DNA of 64,000 bases from positions 1,453-65,452 of the forward strand of contig CAIJKW010000018.1 of the NCBI GenBank assembly GCA_903821355.1. Reading direction: 5' to 3'. A program made the translations under genes and the position numbers. Positions within the stretch are counted from its first letter, which is position 1. Every line of letters begins with the position of its first letter. This DNA is from an uncultured bacterium. Lineage in GTDB: Bacteria; Patescibacteriota; Minisyncoccia; Phycocordibacterales; CAIZLB01. The notes under the pieces were generated by a model. That model made no database searches. It was not told where the DNA came from and saw nothing but the letters and a program-made list of their open reading frames with translations. Positions 41,061-49,513 of this stretch are shown piece after piece.

Positions 41061-42134
41061 GTGCCAGATAAAAGTAATTCGTTAAATCTAAATATAAGCT
41101 TCACTACGCTCTTTAAGATAGCGGTCTTTTTGCTTGGGGTATATCTATTATTTGTTCTAAGGGGTCTCGGTTTGATAATACTTACAGGTATTGTGATTGC
41201 TTCTGTTGTGGAACCTGCGGTTAAATGGTTTGTAAAAAGAAATCTTCCCAGAGCCCTTTCTGCTATATTGGTCTACGCTTTAATTATAGGTTCGCTCACT
41301 TTGGTGTTCTCCTTTGCAGTTCCTCCTCTTTTAGGAGAGATGGTTTCAGCTGTTAATAGTATTCCTAAATACGTTAAGACCATTGATATATTCACTCCTA
41401 TAAACAAAAATGCTTATAGCGGTACAAAGTTGTTTTTCCCAGATATCCCTACAACAATCTCAGTCGGCGATGTTATTTCAAATACAACCGGTGCAATCTC
41501 AAATTTCTCTGGTGGTATGTTTGATACTGTGGCAGGATTCTTTGGTGGAATCATTAGTTCTATTTTAGTTCTGGTTATATCTTTCTACCTTTCCGTTAGA
41601 GAGGATGGGGTTGGAGAATTTTTATCTATTGTTACTCCGCCTGAGAAAGAAAAATATGTTAGAGGCTTGTGGCAAAGAGCTGAAACCAAAATTGCTAGAT
41701 GGATGCAAGGTCAGGTAATGTTGGGGCTAGTTGTTTTTGTCTTTATATATATCGGATTGGTTTTAATTGGTGTGAAGCATCCATTGCTTCTTGCTATGAT
41801 TGCTGGAATATTTGAATTAATTCCAGTTGTGGGAATGACTCTATCCGCAATACCCGCATTCTTTATGGGGGTATTAGATGGAGGAATAGGAGTCGGATTG
41901 TTTATCGTCGGACTTTACTTGATAGTGCAACAAATAGAGGCACATGTGTTTTATCCTTTGGTTGTTAAGAAATTAATTGGAGTTCCACCACTTCTGGTTA
42001 TTATTTCACTTGTTGCCGGCGCTGAACTTGCCGGAATTGTTGGTGCGATACTTGCTATTCCGGTCTCTGTTGCACTCATGGAATACATAGATGATGTAGA
42101 GAGACGAAAGAAAGATGATTTGGTGAAGGGGTAG
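41061..42134 (+). CDS. AI-2E family transporter
   Basis: multi-TM; ELIPVVG, QQIEAHVFYPLV, GAILAIPV. Confidence 0.9.
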   Translation: MPDKSNSLNLNISFTTLFKIAVFLLGVYLLFVLRGLGLIILTGIVIASVVEPAVKWFVKRNLPRALSAILVYALIIGSLTLVFSFAVPPLLGEMVSAVNSIPKYVKTIDIFTPINKNAYSGTKLFFPDIPTTISVGDVISNTTGAISNFSGGMFDTVAGFFGGIISSILVLVISFYLSVREDGVGEFLSIVTPPEKEKYVRGLWQRAETKIARWMQGQVMLGLVVFVFIYIGLVLIGVKHPLLLAMIAGIFELIPVVGMTLSAIPAFFMGVLDGGIGVGLFIVGLYLIVQQIEAHVFYPLVVKKLIGVPPLLVIISLVAGAELAGIVGAILAIPVSVALMEYIDDVERRKKDDLVKG

Positions 42135-42149
42135 AAAAAATACAGGATA

Positions 42150-42177
42150 CCGCCGCAGGCAGGCCTGCCTGCGGCGG
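42150..42177. repeat. perfect 28-bp GC-rich palindrome
   Basis: CCGCCGCAGGCAGG|CCTGCCTGCGGCGG. Confidence 0.9.
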
Positions 42178-42208
42178 GGGTATGAAAATCGATAATAAAA
42201 ATAATAGA

Positions 42209-43708
42209 ATGTCACAAACTCAAAAAACTTTTTATATTACTACGACTCTGCCTTATGTAAACGCAGATCCTCATATTGGATTCGCGATGGAGATAATCAG
42301 AGCTGATGTCATAGCTAGATACAAGAAATCATTAGGATATGATGTGTTTTTTAATACTGGCACTGATGAACACGGTTTAAAATTATTTGAAACAGCAAAA
42401 GAAAAAAAGATGGATATCATGGATTTTTTGAATGAAGTTTCCTCAACTTACAAAAATCTTCTGGTGGATCTGAATATTTCTAGAGACGTGCATTTTATAA
42501 GAACTACAGATGAACATCACAAAAAAAGCGCACAAGCACTTTGGAAAAGGGTTAAAGACAACGGTTATATTTATAAGAAAAACTATCAAACAAAATATTG
42601 TGTTGGGTGTGAAGAAAATAAGACTGACTCAGAACTAGTTGACGGCAAGTGTCCATTGCACCCTAATCGTGAACTAGAAATTATCGATGAAGAAAACTAT
42701 TTTTTTAAACTCTCCGCACTCGCCGATGATCTGTTTACTCTTTTTGAGTCTAATCCAAAACTAGTTATTCCAGAGACAAGACTAAATGAAATGAAGGAGT
42801 TTGTGAGAAGAGGTCTGGAGGATTTTAGTATTTCAAGGCTTAAATCAAAGATGCCATGGGGAATCGATGTTCCAGATGATACAGAACATGTCATGTATGT
42901 TTGGTTTGACGCTCTTACAAACTACATCTCTACTTTAGGTTGGCCAGAAAATGAAAATGACGATGGGAAAAACGGCACTGACAACGGAGATTTTAATAAG
43001 TATTGGGTCACGGGATCGCCTGTTCAGTATTGTGGAAAAGATAACACAAGGTTTCAATCAATTACATGGCAGTCGATGCTTTTGGCTGCAAAGTTGCCTA
43101 CCACACATAGTATTATTATAAATGGTTGGATTACAGGGGAGGGTGGGGTGAAGATGTCTAAATCGTTAGGAAACACCATTAATCCAAGTGAAGTCGCGAA
43201 AGAATATGGGGCCGACGCGTTAAGATTTTTTGTAACAAAAGAATTGCAACCATTTGAAGATTCTCCTTTCGCAATAAATAAATTCAAAGAAGTCTATAAT
43301 GCCCACTTGGCAAACGGAATTGGCAATCTAGTTTCTAGGACAATGAAGATGGCGACTTCCTATGAAGCCAAACTTTCTGAGGAGGACATTAAGGCTGTAC
43401 ATCTTTCAGTAGACATTTTAAATGGTACAGAAAATAAAGATGTAGAAAACTTTAGATTAGATTTGTATGTTCAAGAAATTTTTGACGAATTTACAAAACT
43501 AGACCAGTTCATCCAAGAAGAGCAACCATTTAAAAAGTTTAAGGTAAATCCAGAAGAGGCTCGCAATGATTTGGTGTACATACAAAAACAATTGCTGACG
43601 GGTGTTTATAAGTTGTCTGTTGTAATGCCTGAGACATCAAAAGTTGTTGTTGATTGTATCGTAAATCACAAAATGCCAGAAGCCCCATTGTTTTTAAGAA
43701 AGGATTAA
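42209..43708 (+). CDS. metG: methionine--tRNA ligase (no C-terminal tRNA-binding domain)
   Basis: TLPYVNADPHIG, TGTDEHG, YVWFDAL, KMSKS; start 42209 or 42182. Confidence 0.95.
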   Translation: MSQTQKTFYITTTLPYVNADPHIGFAMEIIRADVIARYKKSLGYDVFFNTGTDEHGLKLFETAKEKKMDIMDFLNEVSSTYKNLLVDLNISRDVHFIRTTDEHHKKSAQALWKRVKDNGYIYKKNYQTKYCVGCEENKTDSELVDGKCPLHPNRELEIIDEENYFFKLSALADDLFTLFESNPKLVIPETRLNEMKEFVRRGLEDFSISRLKSKMPWGIDVPDDTEHVMYVWFDALTNYISTLGWPENENDDGKNGTDNGDFNKYWVTGSPVQYCGKDNTRFQSITWQSMLLAAKLPTTHSIIINGWITGEGGVKMSKSLGNTINPSEVAKEYGADALRFFVTKELQPFEDSPFAINKFKEVYNAHLANGIGNLVSRTMKMATSYEAKLSEEDIKAVHLSVDILNGTENKDVENFRLDLYVQEIFDEFTKLDQFIQEEQPFKKFKVNPEEARNDLVYIQKQLLTGVYKLSVVMPETSKVVVDCIVNHKMPEAPLFLRKD

Positions 43709-43711
43709 TTT

Positions 43712-44536
43712 ATGAAATTTCAATATATAGATACTCACGCCCATGTAAATTTCCCAGAATTTGATGAAGATAGGGAAGTCGTTTTGAGAAATGCCTTGGA
43801 CGAAGGAGTTTTTGTTGTTAATGTTGGAACTAATTTAGAATCATCTAGACGGGCTATTTCTATCGCAGAACAATATAACGAAGGGGTTTATGCGATTGTT
43901 GGAATACATCCTCACGAGGTGATGGAATTAGAAAAAAACGGTTTGATTGATAGTACATTGGCAGAGCTTAAGGAGCTGGCAAAACACGGAAAGGTTATTG
44001 GAATAGGGGAATGTGGTTTGGACTTCTTCAAAATTGAAGAATACAACAAAGGCGTAACGGTTGAAGATGTGAAAAAAGTCCAAGAAAAAGTGTTCAGGGG
44101 TCAGATTGATATTTCCCTAGCTCTTGACAAACCTCTAATGTTACATTGTAGAGACAGCTACAGCGAAACTTTAGAAATTCTTTATAATTATTCAAGGGTA
44201 CCTAGTGTAAAGTTGCGAGGGAATGCACACTTCTTTGCTGGTTCATTAGAGCAGGCAAAGGCATTCATAAGTTGCGGATTCACAATATCTTTCACAGGGG
44301 TTATCACTTTTGCTAAGAATTACGAGCTTTTAATCAAAGAGATTCCTCTAGATAAGATTCTTTCTGAAACGGATTGTCCATATGTGGCGCCAGTGCCTTT
44401 TAGGGGTAAAAGAGCAGAACCTTTGCATGTTAAGTTGGTGGTTCAAAAAATAGCTGAAATTAAGGGTATTTCTACCGAAGAGGCTAGGGAACAGATAGAA
44501 AAGAACGTAAAACAGATGTTTTTTGACTCGGTCTAA
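43712..44536 (+). CDS. tatD: TatD-family DNase
   Basis: IDTHAH, GIHPH, IGECGLD, LHCR, ETDCPY. Confidence 0.95.
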   Translation: MKFQYIDTHAHVNFPEFDEDREVVLRNALDEGVFVVNVGTNLESSRRAISIAEQYNEGVYAIVGIHPHEVMELEKNGLIDSTLAELKELAKHGKVIGIGECGLDFFKIEEYNKGVTVEDVKKVQEKVFRGQIDISLALDKPLMLHCRDSYSETLEILYNYSRVPSVKLRGNAHFFAGSLEQAKAFISCGFTISFTGVITFAKNYELLIKEIPLDKILSETDCPYVAPVPFRGKRAEPLHVKLVVQKIAEIKGISTEEAREQIEKNVKQMFFDSV

Positions 44537-44609
44537 TCTCTCTTTGTGGCCAAAGGAGTGGTTAGGGCATAAGGTTGCTCATATTAACCTTTTGTGTTAG
44601 TCTTCTGAC

Positions 44610-45209
44610 ATGGCAAAAAAAGTTGAACTTACACAAGAGGACCAACAGCTTGAGAACAGGGTTTATGAACTCGGTTTTCACTTCGTCTCAACAATAGTTG
44701 AGGATGAGGTCGCTGTACAATTCTCGCATCTTAAGTCACTTATTGAGAAACGCGGAGGACAATTTATCGCAGAAGAAATGCCTAAATTTAAAAACCTTGC
44801 ATATCCAATAAGTAAGACAGTTAAGACGGATAGAAAGAATCATTTATCATCATATTTTGGATGGGTTAAGTTTGAAATTAATCCTGAAGAGATAATTCCA
44901 TTAGAAAAAGAGATAAAGGCCTTTGGCCCAATGCTTAGATTTCTTTTGATAAAGACTGTTAAGGAAAATACTTTCCTTGGAGCAGTAGCAGAAATCAAAG
45001 TAGATTCATCAAAAATAGTTAAAATTGTTGATGAGCCTGCAGAGGACGTAGTTTCAGAGGGTGATTCTGAGGGATCTCATGCAGAGACAGCAAAAGCTGT
45101 TGAGGCCACTCCTGAAGTCGCTCCAAAAGACGTTTCTGAAGTTGAGTCTCTTGATGCTGTGAATGAGATTGTAGATACTGAAAAAATGGGTAATATCGCA
45201 ACTGAATAA
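44610..45209 (+). CDS. rpsF: 30S ribosomal protein S6 with acidic tail
   Basis: VYEL, LAYPI, LRFLLIK; rpsF-ssb-rpsR synteny. Confidence 0.88.
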   Translation: MAKKVELTQEDQQLENRVYELGFHFVSTIVEDEVAVQFSHLKSLIEKRGGQFIAEEMPKFKNLAYPISKTVKTDRKNHLSSYFGWVKFEINPEEIIPLEKEIKAFGPMLRFLLIKTVKENTFLGAVAEIKVDSSKIVKIVDEPAEDVVSEGDSEGSHAETAKAVEATPEVAPKDVSEVESLDAVNEIVDTEKMGNIATE

Positions 45210-45210
45210 G

Positions 45211-45274
45211 TGATCACCTACTGGGTGATTCTGCTGACGATTTAACAAAATCGTCACAGGGCTCGCCTACAGGG
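45211..45274. repeat. REP-like palindromic repeat cluster 3 (degenerate)
   Basis: atcacctactgggtgattctgct, tgacgattt-aac-aaaatcgtca, gctcgcctacaggg. Confidence 0.7.
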
Positions 45275-45312
45275 TGGTATTAATCAAAACTAAAGTATTA
45301 TATAATATCACT

Positions 45313-45804
45313 ATGTATTTAAACAAAGCAATAATTATCGGAAATTTAACTCGTGATCCAGAAATGAAGGCATTGCCTTCAGGGATGAGTGTCACATCAT
45401 TCTCAGTTGCAACCAACAGAGTTTGGAAAGACAAGAACGGAGCAAAGCAAGAGGCAGCAGATTATCATAATGTGGTAGTCTTCGGTCGCCAAGCTGAAAC
45501 ATCTGCTCAATATTTAAAAAAAGGAAGTAGCGTATTGGTAGAAGGTAGAATGCAAACTCGTTCTTGGGACGGAGCCGACGGTAAAAAGCTATATAGAACA
45601 GAAGTTATAGCTGACAACATTCAATTTGGTTCAAGACCAACTGATGGTGGAGCTGGATCTTTTGGTGGAGGAGCATCAAATGGCGGAAATGCAGCCGCTG
45701 GAGCATCAGCTAAAAAAGCAGATGATACAGGTAACGCATTAAATCAATTAGATTCAATAGAATATCCAGAAGAAGAAATTAATCCAGAGGATATACCATT
45801 CTAA
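45313..45804 (+). CDS. ssb: single-stranded DNA-binding protein
   Basis: MYLNKAIIIGNLTRDPE...VEGRMQTRSW...EDIPF; start at ATG 45313. Confidence 0.97.
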   Translation: MYLNKAIIIGNLTRDPEMKALPSGMSVTSFSVATNRVWKDKNGAKQEAADYHNVVVFGRQAETSAQYLKKGSSVLVEGRMQTRSWDGADGKKLYRTEVIADNIQFGSRPTDGGAGSFGGGASNGGNAAAGASAKKADDTGNALNQLDSIEYPEEEINPEDIPF

Positions 45805-45837
45805 TCTAGTCACTTACAGGATAATTAAATTAAAATC

Positions 45838-46041
45838 ATGACAAAACATTGTTATTTCTCACAAAACAACATCAAACACGTTGATTATAAAGATACAGAA
45901 CTTATAAAAAAGTTTCTTAACCCTCACGCAAGACTTCTTTCAAGAAAGAAGACTGGTGTTGCGGCTAAAAATCAACGTAAACTGGCTCTAGCAGTAAAGA
46001 GAGCTAGATTTATGGCTCTATTGCCATTCATCGCTCAATAG
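45838..46041 (+). CDS. rpsR: 30S ribosomal protein S18
   Basis: VDYKDTELIKKFL...TGVAAKNQRKLALAVKRARFMALLPF. Confidence 0.96.
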   Translation: MTKHCYFSQNNIKHVDYKDTELIKKFLNPHARLLSRKKTGVAAKNQRKLALAVKRARFMALLPFIAQ

Positions 46042-46114
46042 ACATAGTAAGCCCAATTAGGGCTATATTAGGGCTATATTGTAGCTACTCAGTTAGATTC
46101 GAAAAGTTGTATAA

Positions 46115-46158
46115 ATAACAAAACACCGGAGCTGTAATAAGCCTCGGTGTTTTGTTAT
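46115..46158. terminator. bidirectional terminator
   Basis: ataacaaaacaccg...cggtgttttgttat between convergent rpsR and efp. Confidence 0.75.
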
Positions 46159-46232
46159 GTTTGAATTTTGTATTTAATTTGGCCGACTGACTTTAGAATT
46201 CTAAACCCTTCAAAAAATACCCGCCTTCAAAC

Positions 46233-46796
46233 TTATTTAACTCTTTCTACGTATTCTCCTGTTTCTGTATTTATTCTGACGATGTCTCCTTCTACAACGA
46301 ACATTGGAACATTAAGCCCCGCTCCAGTTTCAAGTACAACAAGCTTGTTGCCACTTTTTGAGGAGTCACCACGTAGTACTGGGGGAGCCTCCTTAACCAT
46401 AAGTTCTATTTTGATAGGTAAATCAATTCTGAAGATTTGTTCATCAAAAAGAGATGCTTCAACTATTGAGTTTGGTTTTAGGAATTTTCCACTATTTCCA
46501 AGAACACTTTCATCTATCTTAAAACGAGCCGCTGGATTGTTTTCTTCACAAAACCACCACTCACCTTTGTTTGCATACAAAAATTTGATCTTCTTTGAAT
46601 CAATTTCAGCTGTATGAACCTTGTCAGTAGCTCCAAAGGAGTGTTCCACAATCCTACCGTTTAATAAATTTTTTAATTTTGTATCGTTAACAGGCTTTCT
46701 CATTTGCTTTCTGAAAATGTGAGAACTCATAACTTCATATGGCTCACCCTCAAAAACGATAAACTTTCTTACTGTAATTTCATTATAATCGTACAT
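46233..46796 (-). CDS. efp: elongation factor P
   Basis: KLKNLLNG, FLYA, PPVLRGDS, LETGAGLNVPMFVVEGDIVRINTETGEYVER; start at ATG 46796. Confidence 0.92.
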   Translation of the reverse strand: MYDYNEITVRKFIVFEGEPYEVMSSHIFRKQMRKPVNDTKLKNLLNGRIVEHSFGATDKVHTAEIDSKKIKFLYANKGEWWFCEENNPAARFKIDESVLGNSGKFLKPNSIVEASLFDEQIFRIDLPIKIELMVKEAPPVLRGDSSKSGNKLVVLETGAGLNVPMFVVEGDIVRINTETGEYVERVK

Positions 46797-46969
46797 AATA
46801 TGGCCATTGTAGACCATAAGAGGGGAGATGTCCATGTCAGGGTGCGATTTTTTGGGTTCTTGTTTTGCAGGCAAATATAGTTGAAAAAATTATAATTTCT
46901 TTGGGATTTCTTTAGAAATTCTTTACAGGAAATTTGGGGTTGGTTTGTTAGAATGGGTAAAGCAAAAAA

Positions 46970-47344
46970 ATGGAAATAAAGAACGATTTTAATACTGAAA
47001 ATAAATATCCACCTAAAAATCCTGCTGTAGGGCGGGGTGAAGTTTTTTGGTGCTATCTTGGTATGAATATTGGATCTGAACAAAACGGGGCAGGCAGTGA
47101 TCTGATGAGACCTATGTTGATAATAAACATATTTTCGGAAAATTTCTTTTTGGCCGCGCCACTGACCACTAAAAAACATACTGGTAACTGGTATATAAAG
47201 GTTTCGCTTAATGATTCTTATGTTATTTTAAATCAGATAAGACCAATTGACATAGATAGGTTGAGAGAAAGTATAGGCTACCTACCTGAAGATGAACTAA
47301 GAAATATAATCGATAGTTATATTCAACTTATTAAATATGTATAA
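46970..47344 (+). CDS. PemK/MazF-family endoribonuclease toxin (no adjacent protein antitoxin)
   Basis: RGEVFWCYLGMNIGSEQNG...RPMLII...APLTT...ILNQIRPIDIDRL. Confidence 0.9.
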   Translation: MEIKNDFNTENKYPPKNPAVGRGEVFWCYLGMNIGSEQNGAGSDLMRPMLIINIFSENFFLAAPLTTKKHTGNWYIKVSLNDSYVILNQIRPIDIDRLRESIGYLPEDELRNIIDSYIQLIKYV

Positions 47345-47355
47345 GGTATAGAACG

Positions 47356-47511
47356 AAAAAAACACCAAACAAATGGTGCTTTAATCGCTAAATAAAAGTA
47401 TTTGCATACTTTCGGCTGGGTTTCCCCAAAACTGTCCTTAATAAATTGTCATCTGTTGCCTAACGAGTAGGTCAGAATCGAAAAGATTAACATTGAGCTA
47501 ATCTATAAGGT
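47356..47511 (-). ncRNA. candidate structured ncRNA convergent with pemK
   Basis: TTGACA(47545-47540)-16-TAAACT(47523-47518) promoter, four hairpins including two GNRA-capped, terminator GCACCA..TGGTGT-T tract; no ORF. Confidence 0.6.
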
Positions 47512-47559
47512 ATCTAAAGTTTATCAAAAAGCTTTTGGCTGTCAAGTAAAAGTGAAAGT

Positions 47560-47587
47560 AAAAAACACCATTGATTTGGTGCTTTTT
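47560..47587 (-). terminator. recA terminator
   Basis: aaaaaacacca-ttgatt-tggtgcttttt downstream of recA on the minus strand. Confidence 0.7.
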
Positions 47588-47615
47588 ACCGTCCAGATTA
47601 TTACCTGAAATGTTT

Positions 47616-48863
47616 CTACAGCTCCTTCAAATGCTCTCTGATTTTCTTCAATATCTCATTACTAATCTTTGTATTAGCACGCAAAAATTGACGAGTAGCA
47701 TCATATCCGCGTCCCAATTTTTCTTCTCCGTAAGAATAACTTGTTCCGCTTTTGTTGATAATATCTAGCTTCTCACCAAGTGCAATTATCTCTCCCTCTT
47801 TTGAAATACCCTCATTGTACATAAGGTCAAATTCAGTTTGTCTAAATGGAGCTGCAACTTTATTTTTTACAACCTTAACCCTGACGCGTCCACCCATAAT
47901 TTCTTCACCCTTTTTGATTTGAGCGATCCTTCTAATATCCAATCTAACAGAAGTGTAAAACTTAAGAGCCTTTCCTCCTGGGGTAGTCTCAGGGTTACCA
48001 AACATCACACCAATTTGCATTCTAATTTGATTGATGAATATAACAATAGTTTTACTTCTTGCGACAATTGCAGTCAGCTTTCTTAGAGCTTGAGACATCA
48101 ATCTTGCTTGCTTACCCATGTGAGATGCTCCCATGTCTCCTTCAATCTCATCTTTTGGGGTAAGTGCGGCAACTGAGTCAATAACAATAACATCGAGTTT
48201 TCCTGATCTAACAAGACTTTCAACAATTTCCAGCGCCTGCTCTCCAGTATCTGGCTGGGAAATTAAAAGTTCATCTATTTGAACACCAAGTCTCTTTGCA
48301 TATTCAGGATCCATTGCATGCTCTGCATCAATGAAGGCACAGATTCCATCCTTCTTTTGTGCCTCCGCGATAACATGAAGGGACAAAGTTGTCTTACCAG
48401 AAGACTCCGGTCCAAATATCTCTATAATACGTCCACGAGGAAGACCTCCGACGCCAAGCGCTGCATCTAGCCCAATTGAACCAGTTGATATTGCATTAAC
48501 ATCAACTCTTGGCTTTTCTCCAAGGCGCATAATTGCGTCATCGCCAAATTTTGTTTTGATTTGTGCGATAGTGTCTTTGATTGATGAATTATTATCTTTT
48601 TCTTTGGATTTCTTTTTTGAAGAACCAAAGGATGATTTAGAAGACGATGAAGACCCCGAAGAAGGGGATTCATCATCTCCATCCTCATCATCATTTTCCT
48701 CACGAGCCTCTGGATTTCCCAATACTGCTTTTTTTGTTTCTTCCTCCACATCACCCTTAGGGGTTTTTGGTGCCATTTCTTTTGCTGACACCTTTTTTGT
48801 TTCCTTTTCTTCTTTCTTTTTTACCACATCTTTTTTAATAACTACTTCTTTCTTCTTTGCCAT
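47616..48863 (-). CDS. recA: recombinase RecA with long charged N-terminal extension
   Basis: [46 protein letters not shown]. Confidence 0.98.
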   Translation of the reverse strand: MAKKKEVVIKKDVVKKKEEKETKKVSAKEMAPKTPKGDVEEETKKAVLGNPEAREENDDEDGDDESPSSGSSSSSKSSFGSSKKKSKEKDNNSSIKDTIAQIKTKFGDDAIMRLGEKPRVDVNAISTGSIGLDAALGVGGLPRGRIIEIFGPESSGKTTLSLHVIAEAQKKDGICAFIDAEHAMDPEYAKRLGVQIDELLISQPDTGEQALEIVESLVRSGKLDVIVIDSVAALTPKDEIEGDMGASHMGKQARLMSQALRKLTAIVARSKTIVIFINQIRMQIGVMFGNPETTPGGKALKFYTSVRLDIRRIAQIKKGEEIMGGRVRVKVVKNKVAAPFRQTEFDLMYNEGISKEGEIIALGEKLDIINKSGTSYSYGEEKLGRGYDATRQFLRANTKISNEILKKIREHLKEL

Positions 48864-48954
48864 AATATTGATAAATTAATTTAATTTATAAAAAACCGAT
48901 TCTTATTCTTATTAATGAGACCGATGATTTTACTACTTAAAATAATTTTATTAT

Positions 48955-49449
48955 TTAAATAGTTTTACCATTAGATTTACTACTAGTTGCATTGTCAGAT
49001 TTGTCGCTAAGTTTAACAGCAGGCTTGTCTACAGGCTTGGCCGCGAGATTATCCACGGACTTATCAGTAGTTTTATCGTCATCACTACCATTGTAGACCA
49101 TCTGTAGTTCTTTTTTTACATGAGCTCCAAATTTATCCGTAGCTTCTAGTTTAATGACATTATATCCCGGATAGAGAAGGACTTTTTCTTTAAATTGCCC
49201 AGTCTCATCTATAGGTATCAACCTGTCATTTAATGTAACCACCGAGACATTTTTGACGATACCGGAAACATCTACTGCACTGTCTTTGGCACTAGTTGTG
49301 CTTGGACTTTGTATTGTGATTTGAGGACCACTAATTATTTTTTTTGATTGAAATCCTGCGTATCCGCCAATTGCGCAAATTATAATGACGACAAGAACAT
49401 TTCTAATTATTGTTTTTCCTTCTTTTATACTTTTGCGCGTTCCTATCAT
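48955..49449 (-). CDS. membrane-anchored Ig-like domain protein
   Basis: TM then GPQITIQSP...G.F...LYPGYNVIKLEATDKFG. Confidence 0.75.
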   Translation of the reverse strand: MIGTRKSIKEGKTIIRNVLVVIIICAIGGYAGFQSKKIISGPQITIQSPSTTSAKDSAVDVSGIVKNVSVVTLNDRLIPIDETGQFKEKVLLYPGYNVIKLEATDKFGAHVKKELQMVYNGSDDDKTTDKSVDNLAAKPVDKPAVKLSDKSDNATSSKSNGKTI

Positions 49450-49513
49450 ACAATTGTTGTTTAAAGTTTCTATAAAGAATTTCTAAAGAAATCCCAAATA
49501 TTTAATGTAATAA

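Noticed and set aside
37401-45274. GGCGATTC..GAATCGCC repeats as a CRISPR array
   Set aside because: Copies are dispersed, with no regular unique spacers and no cas genes; they fit REP-like elements.
46058-46081. ttagggctata tandem duplication after rpsR
   Set aside because: Only two copies of 11 bp; probably slippage with no evident function.
46769-47179. 136-aa antisense ORF as the PemK protein antitoxin
   Set aside because: It overlaps pemK in antisense and the efp start, and has no AbrB/RHH-like features.
47356-47587. Similar acacca..tggtgcttt hairpins at ~47357 and ~47560 as a target-site duplication
   Set aside because: The loops differ and both are explained as terminators; a local duplication is possible but unsupported.
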